In this document: piece after piece, positions 1 through 12,279 of the stretch
Position numbering within the stretch: the stretch's first letter is position 1
Layout: each line of letters starts with the position of its first letter
Assembly: GCF_009834535.1 (NCBI RefSeq)
Contig: NC_045696.1
Span: 70,062,001-70,126,000 of the forward strand
DNA length: 64,000 nt
Direction: 5' to 3'
Source of the DNA: Camelus ferus
Lineage: Eukaryota
Notes under the pieces: generated by a model
The model's input: the letters and a program-made list of their open reading frames with translations, nothing else
The model's database searches: none
Told to the model about the DNA's origin: nothing
Position numbers and translations under genes: made by a program

Positions 1-39
1 CAAGTACCTACATCATTTGATAACATTAAATTTGATTCT

Positions 40-185
40 TAAACTTCAGGGTGCAATAAATCACCTTGGGGTGCCGGATACAATGCTGACTTGCTGAATT
101 GGAATCTCTGAGGTTAGAGTCCAGGATTCTGTACTTTTAACCAGAAGATGCAGGTGGTCTGGACACCACACTTTAAGAAATGACC
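40..185. mobile_element. MER5-like hAT-Charlie DNA transposon relic
   Basis: gaatctctg...ccaggattctgtacttttaac...gatgcaggtggtctggacaccacacttt motifs, recognised by eye. Confidence 0.55.
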
Positions 186-189
186 ATAG

Positions 190-540
190 AGCTGTGTTGT
201 CTGATATGGTAGCCAAGAGCCACATGTGCCACCGATCACCTGAAATGATGCTAATATGAACTGAGATGTGCTATAAGTTCAAAACATACACTGGATTTTG
301 AAGACTAGGTACAAAAAAAGAATATTTAAAAATCTCAAAAATTTTAATATTATTTAAATGATAATATTGTGGGTATACTGGGTTAAATAAACTGGGTTAA
401 ATATAATGTATTATTAAAATTTTTCTTGTTTCTTTTTACTTTTTTAAGAGGTTGCTAAAAATTTTTAAATTATAAATGTGGCTCACATTATATTTCTTTT
501 TTTTTTTTTTTACATTATATTTCTGTTGGACAGCACTGCC
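190..540. mobile_element. MER3/MER33-like hAT-Charlie relic
   Basis: Degenerate terminal inverted repeats (ctgtgttgtctgata ... tgttggacagcactg) and typical internal motifs (gtagcca...cacatgtg; gtggctcacattatatttct). Confidence 0.65.
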
Positions 541-2518
541 TTAGCAAGTTCACAGTGACCTTGGGGATGGGAGTAAGAAGCCCCTGAAACTGCATGCAAA
601 ATGTTTGACATCTGTCCTGGGGAGAGGTCCAGAGCTTTCATCAAATTCTCGGACTGGATAATCTTGCAATCAATGCCAGGGATCACTAGCTACACACTTT
701 TCTGGTGATTGCAGAACAGCAAGAAAGAGTTCCACTTTCTGATTTTGTCTCTATTCTATAATAATCTCAGAATATTCTGGATTCAGATCCAGGAGTCCTT
801 TTATAAGTCTTCTGAAGTAGCAATTAATTCTATCTCCATGTTGCAGATAAGGAAACTGAGGTTCAGAGAAGTAAAGTAACCTCCCTAAGCTCACTCAGCT
901 GGTTAGCCCAAAGTTCAGGGTGCCATGTCACATCTACCTGACTCCAGTGGTCTCTGCTCACAAAATCTGCAGCTTTTTAGGACAGTTTGTGATTTTTGGC
1001 TGACAGTGGGAGCCGATCATTTGCTATGGCTTATCTCTAGGATCTTACATCCAAGTTTACCATGACTGTCCCCATTTGTGTCTTCTGTTCTGGTATAATT
1101 ATTAACAGCACCCTCATCACTTTCAAAATTGCCCTGGTTTGGACTTTACATGGTAAACCGATTTATCCACCATGGATCTGGAGGCTGCTACAAGCTGGGG
1201 CTCTCACTATTCATTTTCTCAGACTGGAAGGGGTGCTGTTTCACATGAGGAGGGGGAGGCTTCTCCAGCAAACTCTTTCCAACGTTGTGAGTTTCTCACG
1301 CTGTGCTGAGAACATCCTGTGGACTTGGGTGCCTGGGTTTTGATCCACCTCCTCCCACAACAGTTTAGTTGGGAGCAGACAGAAGAGAAAGAAAAACTGG
1401 ATGGGGGGAATGAGAGGGAGATAAGAAAAGGAGGCAGATAAAGACATGAGAAGCAAGGGTGTTGGCTGAGAAGAAATGGAGAGATTGAGGCTAGAACCAG
1501 GAATGCAGAGACAAAGATGCCATCTCTTGGATTTCATAGCACTGAGGGATTGATGTCATTTAAAATGACCTTCATAGATAAAAACTTGGAGACATTCCTT
1601 GAAACCTTTTTCTCTCCAGGTAAGTTTCTAGTTAGCAAGGCCTCCTGGATCCTCTGGTGTTTTGTTTTTAGTTTGTGGTTACATCATCATAGGAGCGGCT
1701 CTCTTGTTTTTACGGCTGTTTCATAGTGATGGTGAGGAATATCCAGATGGCGTTGACCAAGGGCAGGAAATCAGTTCAGGCATTTATACGGTGGGTTAAT
1801 TCTGCAGGTACTGACACCCATTTTATTTCCCTCTTCGTTACCTAGTCTAATACTTGGCCTGACCAATGGATCTCACAGTTTCCCACTGAGTTTGCCAAAT
1901 CCAGTTCAGTGAAATCAAAAGCTCAACAGAGAGAGGTGGTTGCATTGTGAGGCTCTGGTCCTAGTTAAGACACTTGATCTCCTCGAACCTCAGTTCATTC
2001 ATTTGTAAAATGGGAATGATAACAGCTACTCTACCTCCCTCACAAGGCCTGTGTGGTGGACTATGTGAACTAGTAACTGAATTAAAATGGAAACAGTAAA
2101 GGAGTTTTAGTAACAACAAGAAACAAAAGTTGAATGAGGTTTCTGGAATATTTAAAATGGGATAAAGATAAGTATAGTGTCTGCTTTTTATATGCACCCT
2201 TAGATGCTTTGTTCCTGAGGAACCAGTTTATCCCCATGTCCTGGTCCCCATATGTCTGTGCATTCCCTGCTGTGAAGCCCGGCACAAAACAGACCTCCTT
2301 GTGGAGTCTGGATGTACTGCCAGGGTAACCACCTCTGCTGTGGGAAAAGGCTACGGGGCTGTGGAGAGGAGCCTGACAAAGCAGGATGGGAATGTGAGTG
2401 CTTGCCCACCGGAGGGTGCCCTGCAGCCTGGGAGCCGTTCTCACGGGGAGGGATCAAAAGCCCGGCTGCAGGTGACTCATGGCGTGGGGCTGCCAAGCTG
2501 ACTCTGTTTTCCTTCCAG

Positions 2519-2620
2519 GTCTGGACCCTGCGGGCCCTTTATTCAACGGGAAACCTCCAGAGGACAGATTAGATCCCGGTGACGCACAGTTCATTGATGT
2601 CATCCATTCCGACATTGATG
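2519..2620 (+). CDS. LIPH: Lipase H (PA-selective phospholipase A1) coding exon 4; carries the catalytic Asp (GLDPAGP)
   Basis: ttccag| acceptor, |gtaac donor, 102 nt; translates (G)[33 protein letters not shown], matching mammalian LIPH. Confidence 0.97.
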
Positions 2621-2800
2621 GTAACATTCCTGTCCTGGTGGGTCAGTGAGCCCCCAGACTCCCAAAGAGTCTCCCCCTGAGGGGATCCTCATGCAGAGGC
2701 AGATCAGGTTCTGCCAGAGTCCCTCTTTTCCTATATTGGAGGGAAGCGGGCTTAATGCAGGCACCCAGGATCTCCTGCGGGATGGAGGTGCTGTCCTTAT

Positions 2801-2927
2801 TTTTTATTTTTGGGGGGAGGTAATTAGGTGTGTTTGTTTATTTATTTATTTTCTTAGAGGAGGATTGAACCCAGGACCTTGTGCACGCTAAGCATGTACT
2901 CCACTACTTGAGCTACATCCTCCCCCT
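2801..2927 (-). mobile_element. tRNA-derived SINE (camelid Vic-1-like), long-tailed variant
   Basis: Reverse complement reads ggggaggatgtagctcaagtagtggag...gcttagcgtgcacaaggtcctgggttcaatcc (A and B boxes), then an A-rich tail with acctaattacctcccccc. Confidence 0.8.
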
Positions 2928-4410
2928 CATCTCGTCTTATTTTTAAAGTTACCATCTTGACCAATCAAGGACAGGCCGATTTGTACACCATGTGGACAGA
3001 TACTTCCATAAGTGCAATGGGGTTTGGATGCATGATTTCCTGTTTTTGTTGGTTCTTTCTCATTATTTCCCTAAGCTGAAATGTACATTCAAGTGTTGTG
3101 TCTCACCACACAGAGCGCCTCTGAACCACCTAGAGCTCTCCAGCTCTCTGTGGCTCTTTCTGGCCAGTTCTGTCTTTGACGGTGTTGATTTCATATCCAG
3201 GATTGGGCACATGGCTTGGGCGTCGGGCTGATGTTAAAGATGGTCTTTACAACCAGATGTCTGGGGAAAGAGCTAGAGTAGGAACTTGGGGAGGGCTGAG
3301 GGAACAGAGCAGAGTGGTCATTTCATAGTACACCCTCTCTGTGATACAGCCACCTGAAAAACCTTTGACTGCCTATCATGGGCGCTCTGGTGTGGTACTC
3401 AGCAATTATTTGTCTTAGAAGAAACAGCTTTGTGAAATAGCTGCGTTCTTACTGTGTAGTTTGCAAAGTATTCCCTTCCTTAAGTGCAGTACTTCAATGC
3501 CATTTTAATGCCTGATGGCATTGAGTAATTTACTTTTCATTCTTGGAAAGAAAGCAAATTTTGAGGGAAAAAGTATAAGCTTTGTAGTCAGGCAGTGGTG
3601 GACTCAAAATTCCAGGTTTTGTTCTTTCTGGTGGTGTCATGTTTATTCCATAAGTCCTCTGAGCCCCAGCATCTTCATCTGTAACTTACTTCGTTTGAAT
3701 TTTAAAATGGCTACTTTTTCAACATTGTGAAAATTAGAAGAAAGCTATGTAAAACCCCTACTATCATGCCCACAGACACATGTAGGTTCTCAATCTTTAA
3801 TGGCTATTAGTATTATTGCAATGATGTTCTATACACACACACAAAATCTTTTAATCAAGCATTTTACTGATTACTTTGGGGTTACAAGGTAAAGAGAATA
3901 AGCTATTATTAAATCCAGCTACAGTCTTCTACGTCCCCAATTTCTAGAAGAGTTTCCAATCTTTCAACTATCCTAGGTCCCCAAATTTTAAATTTTAGGT
4001 CCCCTTCTAAATGATAGTTCATTTTTTCCTGTTTCTTACTCATTGAAGAGTTACACAAATGCAATTAGAGGATCAGGAAGTATCCAGTAATAAGAAGGTT
4101 CCGGCCAAATTGAAAAGGAAACATCATTTTATCAGCCTCGCGGTGAATGAGTGACCAAACTCTCTTACATCTTCAGAAATATTATAAATAAATTCCATTA
4201 CCATCTTCTTTGTCTCCTAGTTGGAAATCATTGCTTTCTAACTAACTATCTGGGTAACTTTGGGTAAAATATTTAAATAAGTGTAACAACAACCACCATA
4301 GCAGCAACAACAACAATAATAATACAATCCCTGCCTGTCCTATAGGCAAATGAGCTATGAGATGGGGAAAATTCAAAGCAGTATAAGAACATAGTATATT
4401 CTCTTTTTAG

Positions 4411-4500
4411 CACTGGGCTACAAGGAACCATTAGGGAACATAGATTTCTACCCAAATGGAGGATTGGATCAACCTGGCTGTCCCCAAACAATATTTGGAG
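4411..4500 (+). CDS. LIPH: LIPH coding exon 5
   Basis: tttttag| ... |gtaag, 90 nt; (A)[29 protein letters not shown]. Confidence 0.97.
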
Positions 4501-6658
4501 GTAAGTGCAGATACTTTATATTTTGTAAAATGGTGGTTTAAAAAAAGTGTATTTAAAAAATCTGATATTATTCTATGTGCAATCATTTTAATAGAGAACA
4601 TATTTCCTGAGAAGACAGAGGTGGTATAAATATAAATTAAACATTATTATTCAAATATACTACTTTAAAAAAAACATAACCATATGATTATAAGCTATTA
4701 TGAATTATTTCTCTCTTTTGAAAGGGTGTGTTTTTGACCTAGAAACTCCACATCTGGAAATCTCTCCCAGAGAAATAATGGAAAATGTAGTGAAAAATCA
4801 GAGTGCAAAGATATTCAACACAACATTATTTATAATAGTTAAGTTTTTAGAAACAATCTAAATGTCCAACATAGGAAAATTATTAAATAGTATGGTACAC
4901 CCACACAAAAGAATATAATTCTTAAAAATCACATTGTCAGGTTAATGAAAATGCTTACAATATGATGTTAAGTGAATAAGATACAAAATTATACAGTATA
5001 ATCCCACCTTGTTTTTTAGATGTATATTTGTACATGTGTAGCTATAGAAAAAAAAGACTAAACATAAATGCTCCCCAGTAATTATTAGTGGTGATCTCTG
5101 GATATTAGGTTTCTAGGTGATTTTTGCATCATAACTTGCTATTATTTTTTATTTTCTAAATAAGCATGTATTGGTTTTACAACAAGAAAAAAACTCACAA
5201 AACGAAAGTGAGTAGTTTGAGGGCAACATAAAAGTGTGGTGGGGAGGACAGAATTAAAAAAACTCATCCCTAAGTGCTCTGAATCTGTACTTCACCATTG
5301 TTAAAGAAGTTCAACAATCACAGAAATCATTCTAGAAAAAGATGAATCTTGTTACAAAATGATAGCTGTATACAGCTGCATGGAAATGATGTAGTGTTTG
5401 AAAATGATCCAGATGAATGGCATAAGTAGGGCCAACCTTATTGTACCATAAATGTGTGTGTTCAAATCCCGTCCTGTGTGCTAGAGTGTAACTACATCCA
5501 CGAGGATCCAGAGATCATGTGCTTTGCTTATAAATGACATCCTCTGTAGTGTTATTAACTTGTTTCTGCAAGTGGAAGTTTCAGGAACAATAATTAAATG
5601 TTGACTTGTCAGACTGTACTGCAGTCCAGCTTGGCCCCAGGCTTCTCCTCTCTCACCCAGTATATTTCTTTTTGTCCTTCACTGATCTTTTCTATGGACA
5701 TACGTAGACCCTGGAGGAAGAAAAAAACGTCGATCTGACTGCGGCACCCAGTACCTCTCCAAACTACTAGCTCACAATCATAACTCCTCTTTTCATGGGG
5801 TCACTGTTTGCTCTTCAGATCCTTACCTCCTTTGATTACCCATCTCTGGGACCCAGTTCCCATTTCTGAATGACTTCATCATCTGACCCATCAACCTTCT
5901 GACAGCCTCTCTGATATTTTGTGCTGCAGTGTTTCATCATCTCCAACTCTTCTGATGCCCATCTCTGTGCCTCATCAGCCTCCTCTTTCACCGTCACACC
6001 ACATGGCACCCACCAAGAACTAACATGGGGCTTGCCTCTCTCACCTCTTCTTGCCCATTTATGGCTTCCACCACCACCTCCTATGGCTCCACCTCTCTCA
6101 CTTCACCCTTCACCTCTGTAGCAGAAACAGAGCCCCTGCCATTTGGCTCCTCTCATGAATGCCCATCTTGGCTTGGGCACATTCGGGAGGAATCATGGAG
6201 TCTTGTTGATCGAGTGCAAGATCCAGACAAACTTGCTAACTTCTCCACGGTTCTCAATGATGCTGGAAAATCCTCATGTTTATCTCTTGCTGACTCCCTG
6301 TGATCACTCCTCATGCTTCCATTCCAAATGCCTTCCCACCTATAAATCCTAGATTTGACTTTTGTACCGAGATCAAGGTCCCACCTGAAGGAGCCACTTT
6401 ATCTATTTGAATCTGAGATCACAAGGTTGCTCTTTACCTTCATGTTCCCTTCTGACCCAGGGTGGAGGAGGCATCCCCCATCCTTTTCACAGCTCTCTCC
6501 TCTCCTTGCCCTACTTGGGGATCTTCTTCTGCCAGTTACTTCCCAATCCCTTCTTTCTCCGATGTCTTTACTAGTTTAAGTGTGCTTGCCTTCTGCTGAA
6601 AACCTCTAGGGGATCTCTGACTGCCTTGAAATTTTCTCCTCCTTTCACTGACAAAGGC

Positions 6659-6900
6659 AGGATGTAGGTTGAATCCTGATTCCTCCACATAATAGCTGTG
6701 TGACTTTGGTCAAGTCATTTAGCTTCTCTGAGTCTCAATGTCCTGCTAGGTAAAATGGGGATAAGCTTGCCTATCTTCTTTTCTCCTGCCACTTGCCACC
6801 ACGAGACCTGATCTATTGGTTTTTATAAGGATTAAATGAAAACAAATACACTGAAGCTGTTAGCACAGTGCCTGGTGTATGGGAGACATGATACAGTGTG
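6659..6900 (+). mobile_element. MIR SINE
   Basis: MIR core agctgtgtgactttgg..caagtca...tctctgag...gtaaaatggggataa; 3' part ttagcacagtgcctgg. Confidence 0.8.
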
Positions 6901-7028
6901 TATGTAAACGGTATGTGATGCCCTATTTATTATTATTTTCATGGAAATATAGTCGATTTACAATGTTATCTATCTCTTATTAAATGTTATAACTGCTCTA
7001 CTCTTTGATCATTCCCTCTACAACCAAG

Positions 7029-7196
7029 GAATGCAGTATTTTAAGTGTGACCACCAGAGGTCCGTTTATCTGTACCTTTCTTCCCTGAGAGAGAACTGCA
7101 CCATCACTGCATATCCCTGTGACTCCTACCGCGATTACCGGAATGGCAAGTGTGTCAGCTGCGGCACACCACAGACACAGTCCTGTCCCATTCTGG
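7029..7196 (+). CDS. LIPH: LIPH coding exon 6; carries the catalytic His (KCDHQRS)
   Basis: ccaag| ... |gtaag, 168 nt; (G)[55 protein letters not shown]. Confidence 0.97.
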
Positions 7197-8532
7197 GTAA
7201 GTCCAACAAGCAGTTTCCCCTCTGATTACCAAAGAGCTGATTTTTGGTAGAATCCTAGCACCATTTTACCATCTAAAAATGAGCCACCAAATGGTGTGTT
7301 TTTTAAAAAATTATTTAGTTAGTTTTTTCTAGCCAATGTGTTCTGTGAAGTATTCTGGAGTCTCCTAATAATAAACAGTGTTCAAAAAAGTAATCTATAT
7401 AGGGTTTCATCCAGAAGGTAGTGCAACCTCCCTGGACATTCTATTCTAGCTAAAGAAAAAAGAAAAAAAGAGGTTCCAGAACAGTTTCCAAGCTCACCCA
7501 GGCACAGTCACCTTGTGTAGCCTGCTCCCATGGGGACCGGAAGCCCCTCTCCATGCACAACAACCCCTCTGCTGGGGGAGGCTCTTGCAGGGTGATCCTT
7601 TCTAACAGGTCGAGCCTGTAAATGCCCTCAGGCCACACTCTGGTTCTGTGTACAGAGACACACACGCAGGGGTGGGCTGGGGTAACAGACACTGTGAAGG
7701 CTGCTTGGATATTTGCTAAAGGTTTGTGGAAATATTTCAGGTGGTGAGGACTTTGGCTGGTCATGAGACTTTCCTAATGGTTCCCAAAGGAAAAACTCAA
7801 GTTAACATCAGGGCATACTATAGATAAGGGGTTCTCAACCTTGATTGTGAACTAGACTCACCTAGGGAGCTTTTAAAAAATACTGATGCCTGGGTCCCAC
7901 TCCAGATCAATTAAGTCAGGATGTGGAGGCCACTTTCTAGCGGTGGGAACAGAGGAGAGAGAGGGGCCCCACAGATGCACTCAGCCTCATTCCTGCAGGC
8001 ACAGACATGAAGGAGGATGTTCCCCTGCTTGTTGACATAGTCACATGGCAAGTCCAAGTTCTGCGCAATTTACAGGCTCGTTTTTAGTTCTTCAAGAAAG
8101 CACATTGCTTTGCAAAAGTGATGCTGTTCTAGGCATAAAACTGAATCTGTTTTAATCTAGAAAATGAATGTATTACTGAAAAATACAGTGCTATTTTCAG
8201 TCCACCCAGTGTGTGTCACTCCCCACACCCCCACCCTTGCTTCTGAGAACCAGGGCTGGCTGATGTAATATCAGTAGAAAGGGGGAAAAGCCAATGTAGG
8301 GTCCTTTTGCAAGCCCCAGCTCTTAGACCTAGGGTTGCGAGCAAGCTATGGTAGGTGCCAGGAGTGAGAAGCCCTGCTCTGGTGGCCCTGCAGGTCCTCC
8401 CCGTGGGAGTGGGTATGAGGGGGATTGTCTCAGTGGCGGTGGCAGTCAAACTGCTGTCCTCACGACCTCCCCAATTGCTTTTACATTTATATAATACATG
8501 TTAATGTTCCACTTTCCTGGCTTGTTTTATAG

Positions 8533-8628
8533 GTTATTATGCTGATAATTGGAAAGACTATTTAAGGGAGAAGGATCCTCCTACGACTAAAGCATTCTTT
8601 GACACAGCTGAGGAGAAACCGTTCTGCA
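8533..8628 (+). CDS. LIPH: LIPH coding exon 7
   Basis: ttatag| ... |gtgagt, 96 nt; (G)[31 protein letters not shown]. Confidence 0.97.
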
Positions 8629-8729
8629 GTGAGTGGTGAATGTGGTTTTTCGCTTTTGTCCAACTCTTCTCTTTTTGGAATGGCTGGGTCTCAACTTCCT
8701 GGCTACTTCTTGGCAAAGGAGGGCTGCGG

Positions 8730-8890
8730 TGAAATACGGACTTTGGAGCTGGAAGGACCTAGGCTGAGTCCTGACTCCACCACATAAAGCTGTGTGACCT
8801 TGGTCAAGACACTTTACCTCTCTGAGTCTTCATGTCCTGCTCAGTAAAATGGGGATAATCATGCCTATCTTCTGGGTTATAAGGATTAAA
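8730..8890 (+). mobile_element. MIR SINE
   Basis: MIR core agctgtgtgaccttgg...gtaaaatggggataat...aggattaaa. Confidence 0.8.
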
Positions 8891-10392
8891 ATCTCAACAA
8901 ATCATAGTTGTTAGCTTCACTGAATGGCCATTTTAAGCACTAGGATCGTCCAGAAAATTTGCTTGAGCCCCGAGAGACCTGAGATTGGGCCTAGGAAAAA
9001 TCAGGTGTCAGCCACATCTATGGGCCAGTTCCAGCTCCAAAGCAGCCACAATGGCCTTATAAAGACATTGAGAGGTTGGGTATTCCAGATGGAAGCTAAT
9101 GGGGCAGCAGATGATCAAGTGCCGTGGGAAACAAGTAGGAATTTTCCTGGGCAGATGTATGTCTTACAATCGTATTCCCCTTTCACTTTTCTTGGGAGTA
9201 ATCGCTATAAAAGAGGTTGTAGTTCACTGTGTTTCTCTCCTCCTTTGGAGGCATGTGTGGCAGCCCAGGGTTTGGTGTCTGCCCGATCCAAATGGGGCAG
9301 GCCCTGGAGCAGTCATGGGCTATGAAATGCAACTCCAGGTCTGACCTTATACCTTCATGGGATTGTCATCTCCCTGAGCCTCTTTCCCCTTCTTGCAGAT
9401 CTGACCAAGAGATAGCTAATCTGACTATCATAGTGAGGTCTCCATTCTCCCAGAGCATCCTTGACCTTGAGGAACAGAGAGTAGGGAGGAAGAATAGTTC
9501 TCTGGATGCATTATAAGCCCTCATTTATTCAGGGGGCATTAATGGGCATCCATAGGTATCACTGCTGGGATTAGAGAGGAAAAATCATCCCTTCCTAGTC
9601 ATTGTTGTAGTATATCTTACCTTTATTTTCCCCACCACATAAGACATTACTCAGGTAATATTTGTATAGATGTACACATACATTTACCACTTTTTTGATG
9701 ATCATTTTTCTTGCATTTTGTAAATGCAGTAAAGTGTGCTGACTAAGGATGGGAAAATACCAGAGCATGATAAGAACTCTGAGAGAGAGACCTGACTTAG
9801 TTCTCAGGGTCACTGAAGCCCTCCTGGAGGAAGTGTATCAAGCCAAAACCTGAAGGATGAGTTGGCAAAGGGGGCAAAGTAAGAGTGTCCAAGTGAAGGG
9901 AAGGCCTAGGAGCAAGAGAGAAGGTGGCAGTGCAGGCGGTGTGGCATGGCTCATGAAGAGTGAGGGAGGCTGGGGAGGCTGGTGGATGTGACCCAGATTG
10001 GGAAAGACACTGTTAAGTTGCTGGGGGGGGGGGGGTCTCTACATTGTCACCTGTTTGGTTTATTCTAAAATGGGCAGGGATGGAAGTAAACCAATCATAC
10101 TTGGCAGTAGGCCATGAGACTTCAGTCAATAAGGTGAAAACATTGATCCAAGAGTGATGCCTAAACATGGCAACTGGATACCACTGAATTCTACCGTCAC
10201 TCAGGCCATCTTTACCAAAGAGAAGAGAAAAAAAATGTTAAAAAAATTCTACCCTGGATCTTTTCAGAAAAACTAGAGAGGAAGAGAAAAAGAGACTCAG
10301 TTATTAGGGAGGTTAGGTTTTTAGGAATTGAACCTTCAAGAAAGCAATTGGGAATATTTCTCTCTGACCATAATTCTCTCCCTGTTTTGCAG

Positions 10393-10504
10393 TATATCAT
10401 TACTTTGTGGATATTATAACTTGGAACAAGAACATAAGAAGAGGATCCATAACAATCAAATTGAGAGACAAAGCTGGAAGTACCACAGAATCCAAAATCA
10501 ATCA
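10393..10504 (+). CDS. LIPH: LIPH coding exon 8 (start of PLAT-like C-terminal domain)
   Basis: ttgcag| ... |gtgagt, 112 nt; (I)[36 protein letters not shown](H). Confidence 0.97.
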
Positions 10505-10586
10505 GTGAGTTGGGCTGGGATCCTTTGTAGTTTGCTATTTCCTTTTTTCACTCAGAGAAATTAAATCCAAAACATACCTACTTTTT

Positions 10587-10674
10587 TTTTTTTAATGGAG
10601 GTAGTAGGGATTGAACCCAAGACCTTGTGCATGCTAAACACACACTCTACCACTGAGCTATACCCTCCCCCACT
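10587..10674 (-). mobile_element. tRNA-derived SINE (Vic-1-like) with 16-bp TSD
   Basis: Reverse complement ggggagggtatagctcagtggtagag...gggttcaatccc...A tail; flanked by aacatacctacttttt (10571-10586) and aacatccctacttttt (10675-10690). Confidence 0.88.
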
Positions 10675-12279
10675 AACATCCCTACTTTTTAATTATAGAT
10701 CTGTATGCTTCTCTGTTCTCTTCCTTCCTTCCTTTGCTTAAACATTTAATTACAAGTCATCCTTGCTCCCAGTGAATGATTTAAACAGTAAAGAAGTATG
10801 TAATGTAACATAAAAGTGCAAATCCTTGCCCCATCCCAACAATCCCATCCCAAAGGCACCCCCTCACATACATATATGTCTCTATTCTTTTCTCAGCTTT
10901 TATATATATACATAAAAACATACAGAAAATGTAATTTGCAATAGAAAATTGGAAGCATTCTAAAAATCCAACAATGGGGAAATGGTTAGTTAAATATTCC
11001 CAAATAATAAAGTATTATTCAAACTTTGACATTATTTATGAAATGTATCAAATGACATACTTTAATGTACTAAGTGAAAAAATGCAGGATATAAAAGTAT
11101 ATAAAGTATGAAAACTTAACAATGTAAAAATAGTGAAAAAGGAACATGTCAAAATGTGTTAGACTGCCCTCTGGGTGGTAGGAATATGAGTACTTGTTAA
11201 AGTTTCTCTTTACTTTTCAGTTTTCTGTGATGTTGTATATATAGTTTTATACAGTTATATGTATATATAGTTAGTTGTGTATATATAGTTTTCAAATAAC
11301 GAATAATTTTTCATCTATTTCTATAGTCAGGAAAAAAAAACTTTAAGCAAAGGGATTTGAGGCTCGTTTTATTCATTTACTCAGGAAATGTGTCCTGGAT
11401 TCTGTTATCTACGAGACACATGCATTGCCTCTTGCCTCACCCACAGAGGACCAAGTAGAATGTCATCTGAAACTGGCAATTGCCTTATGGGTTCACTGTG
11501 TAGATAAATAGGGAGGGTGTGGGAGTGTGGTTTGGAAGTGACTTCTTTTAATGCATTCTTGGATGATGAACATAACAGCCTTTGTTTGTTGAACCAAGCA
11601 CTTTACAGACATTGGCTAATGCAATTCTCACTAAAACCCTGTGAAGTGGTATTTATTACCATCCCTATGTTATATGTGAGCAAACAGAGGCTCAAAGAGG
11701 TCAAGTGATTTGGCCAATATCACACTCCATTCCACGCCAGTGTCCCCAGGCCCACAGTGGGGCAGCATTTCCAGGGAGGGGACCCCTAAGGGCCGCATCT
11801 TAAGTTTACAGGCTGTGACTTCAGGAAGGACGGTGGCCAGAGACCTCATCTGGAGATTCTAAGAAATAGCAGGGGAAACTGCAGTTATACCAGGAGGAAC
11901 ACTCACCCAGCAAAATGTGGGTATTTGTGCCAATAATTGGTTACATATTTGCTTTACGTTATGTCTCAGAATTTTGAAGTTTACATAGTGAATTTCTCCC
12001 AACTAGGAATTCCTAAGTTTGGAGGCTTGTTTCTTGATTAAGACAGAGACCTTAACACCTTTATTTTAGCCATTCCTATTTTAGTCATGTCTGTGAAAAA
12101 GCCATCACCAATCAGAGGATACATCAGAAAAAGGGAAATAGCTGTTCTATTCTGTGGTAAGATTATGGCTGCTTTTCTCTTTTTTGGAACGTAAACATTT
12201 ACATTCTAGCACTTAGCGTTTTTATAATTAAGAAAAGGGAAATAATCTTAGAGTATGTACCCTGAGTTTATTTAGTCAC

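Noticed and set aside
377..403. Tandem duplication of actgggttaaata
   Set aside because: Simple slippage duplication inside a dead DNA transposon; no functional implication.
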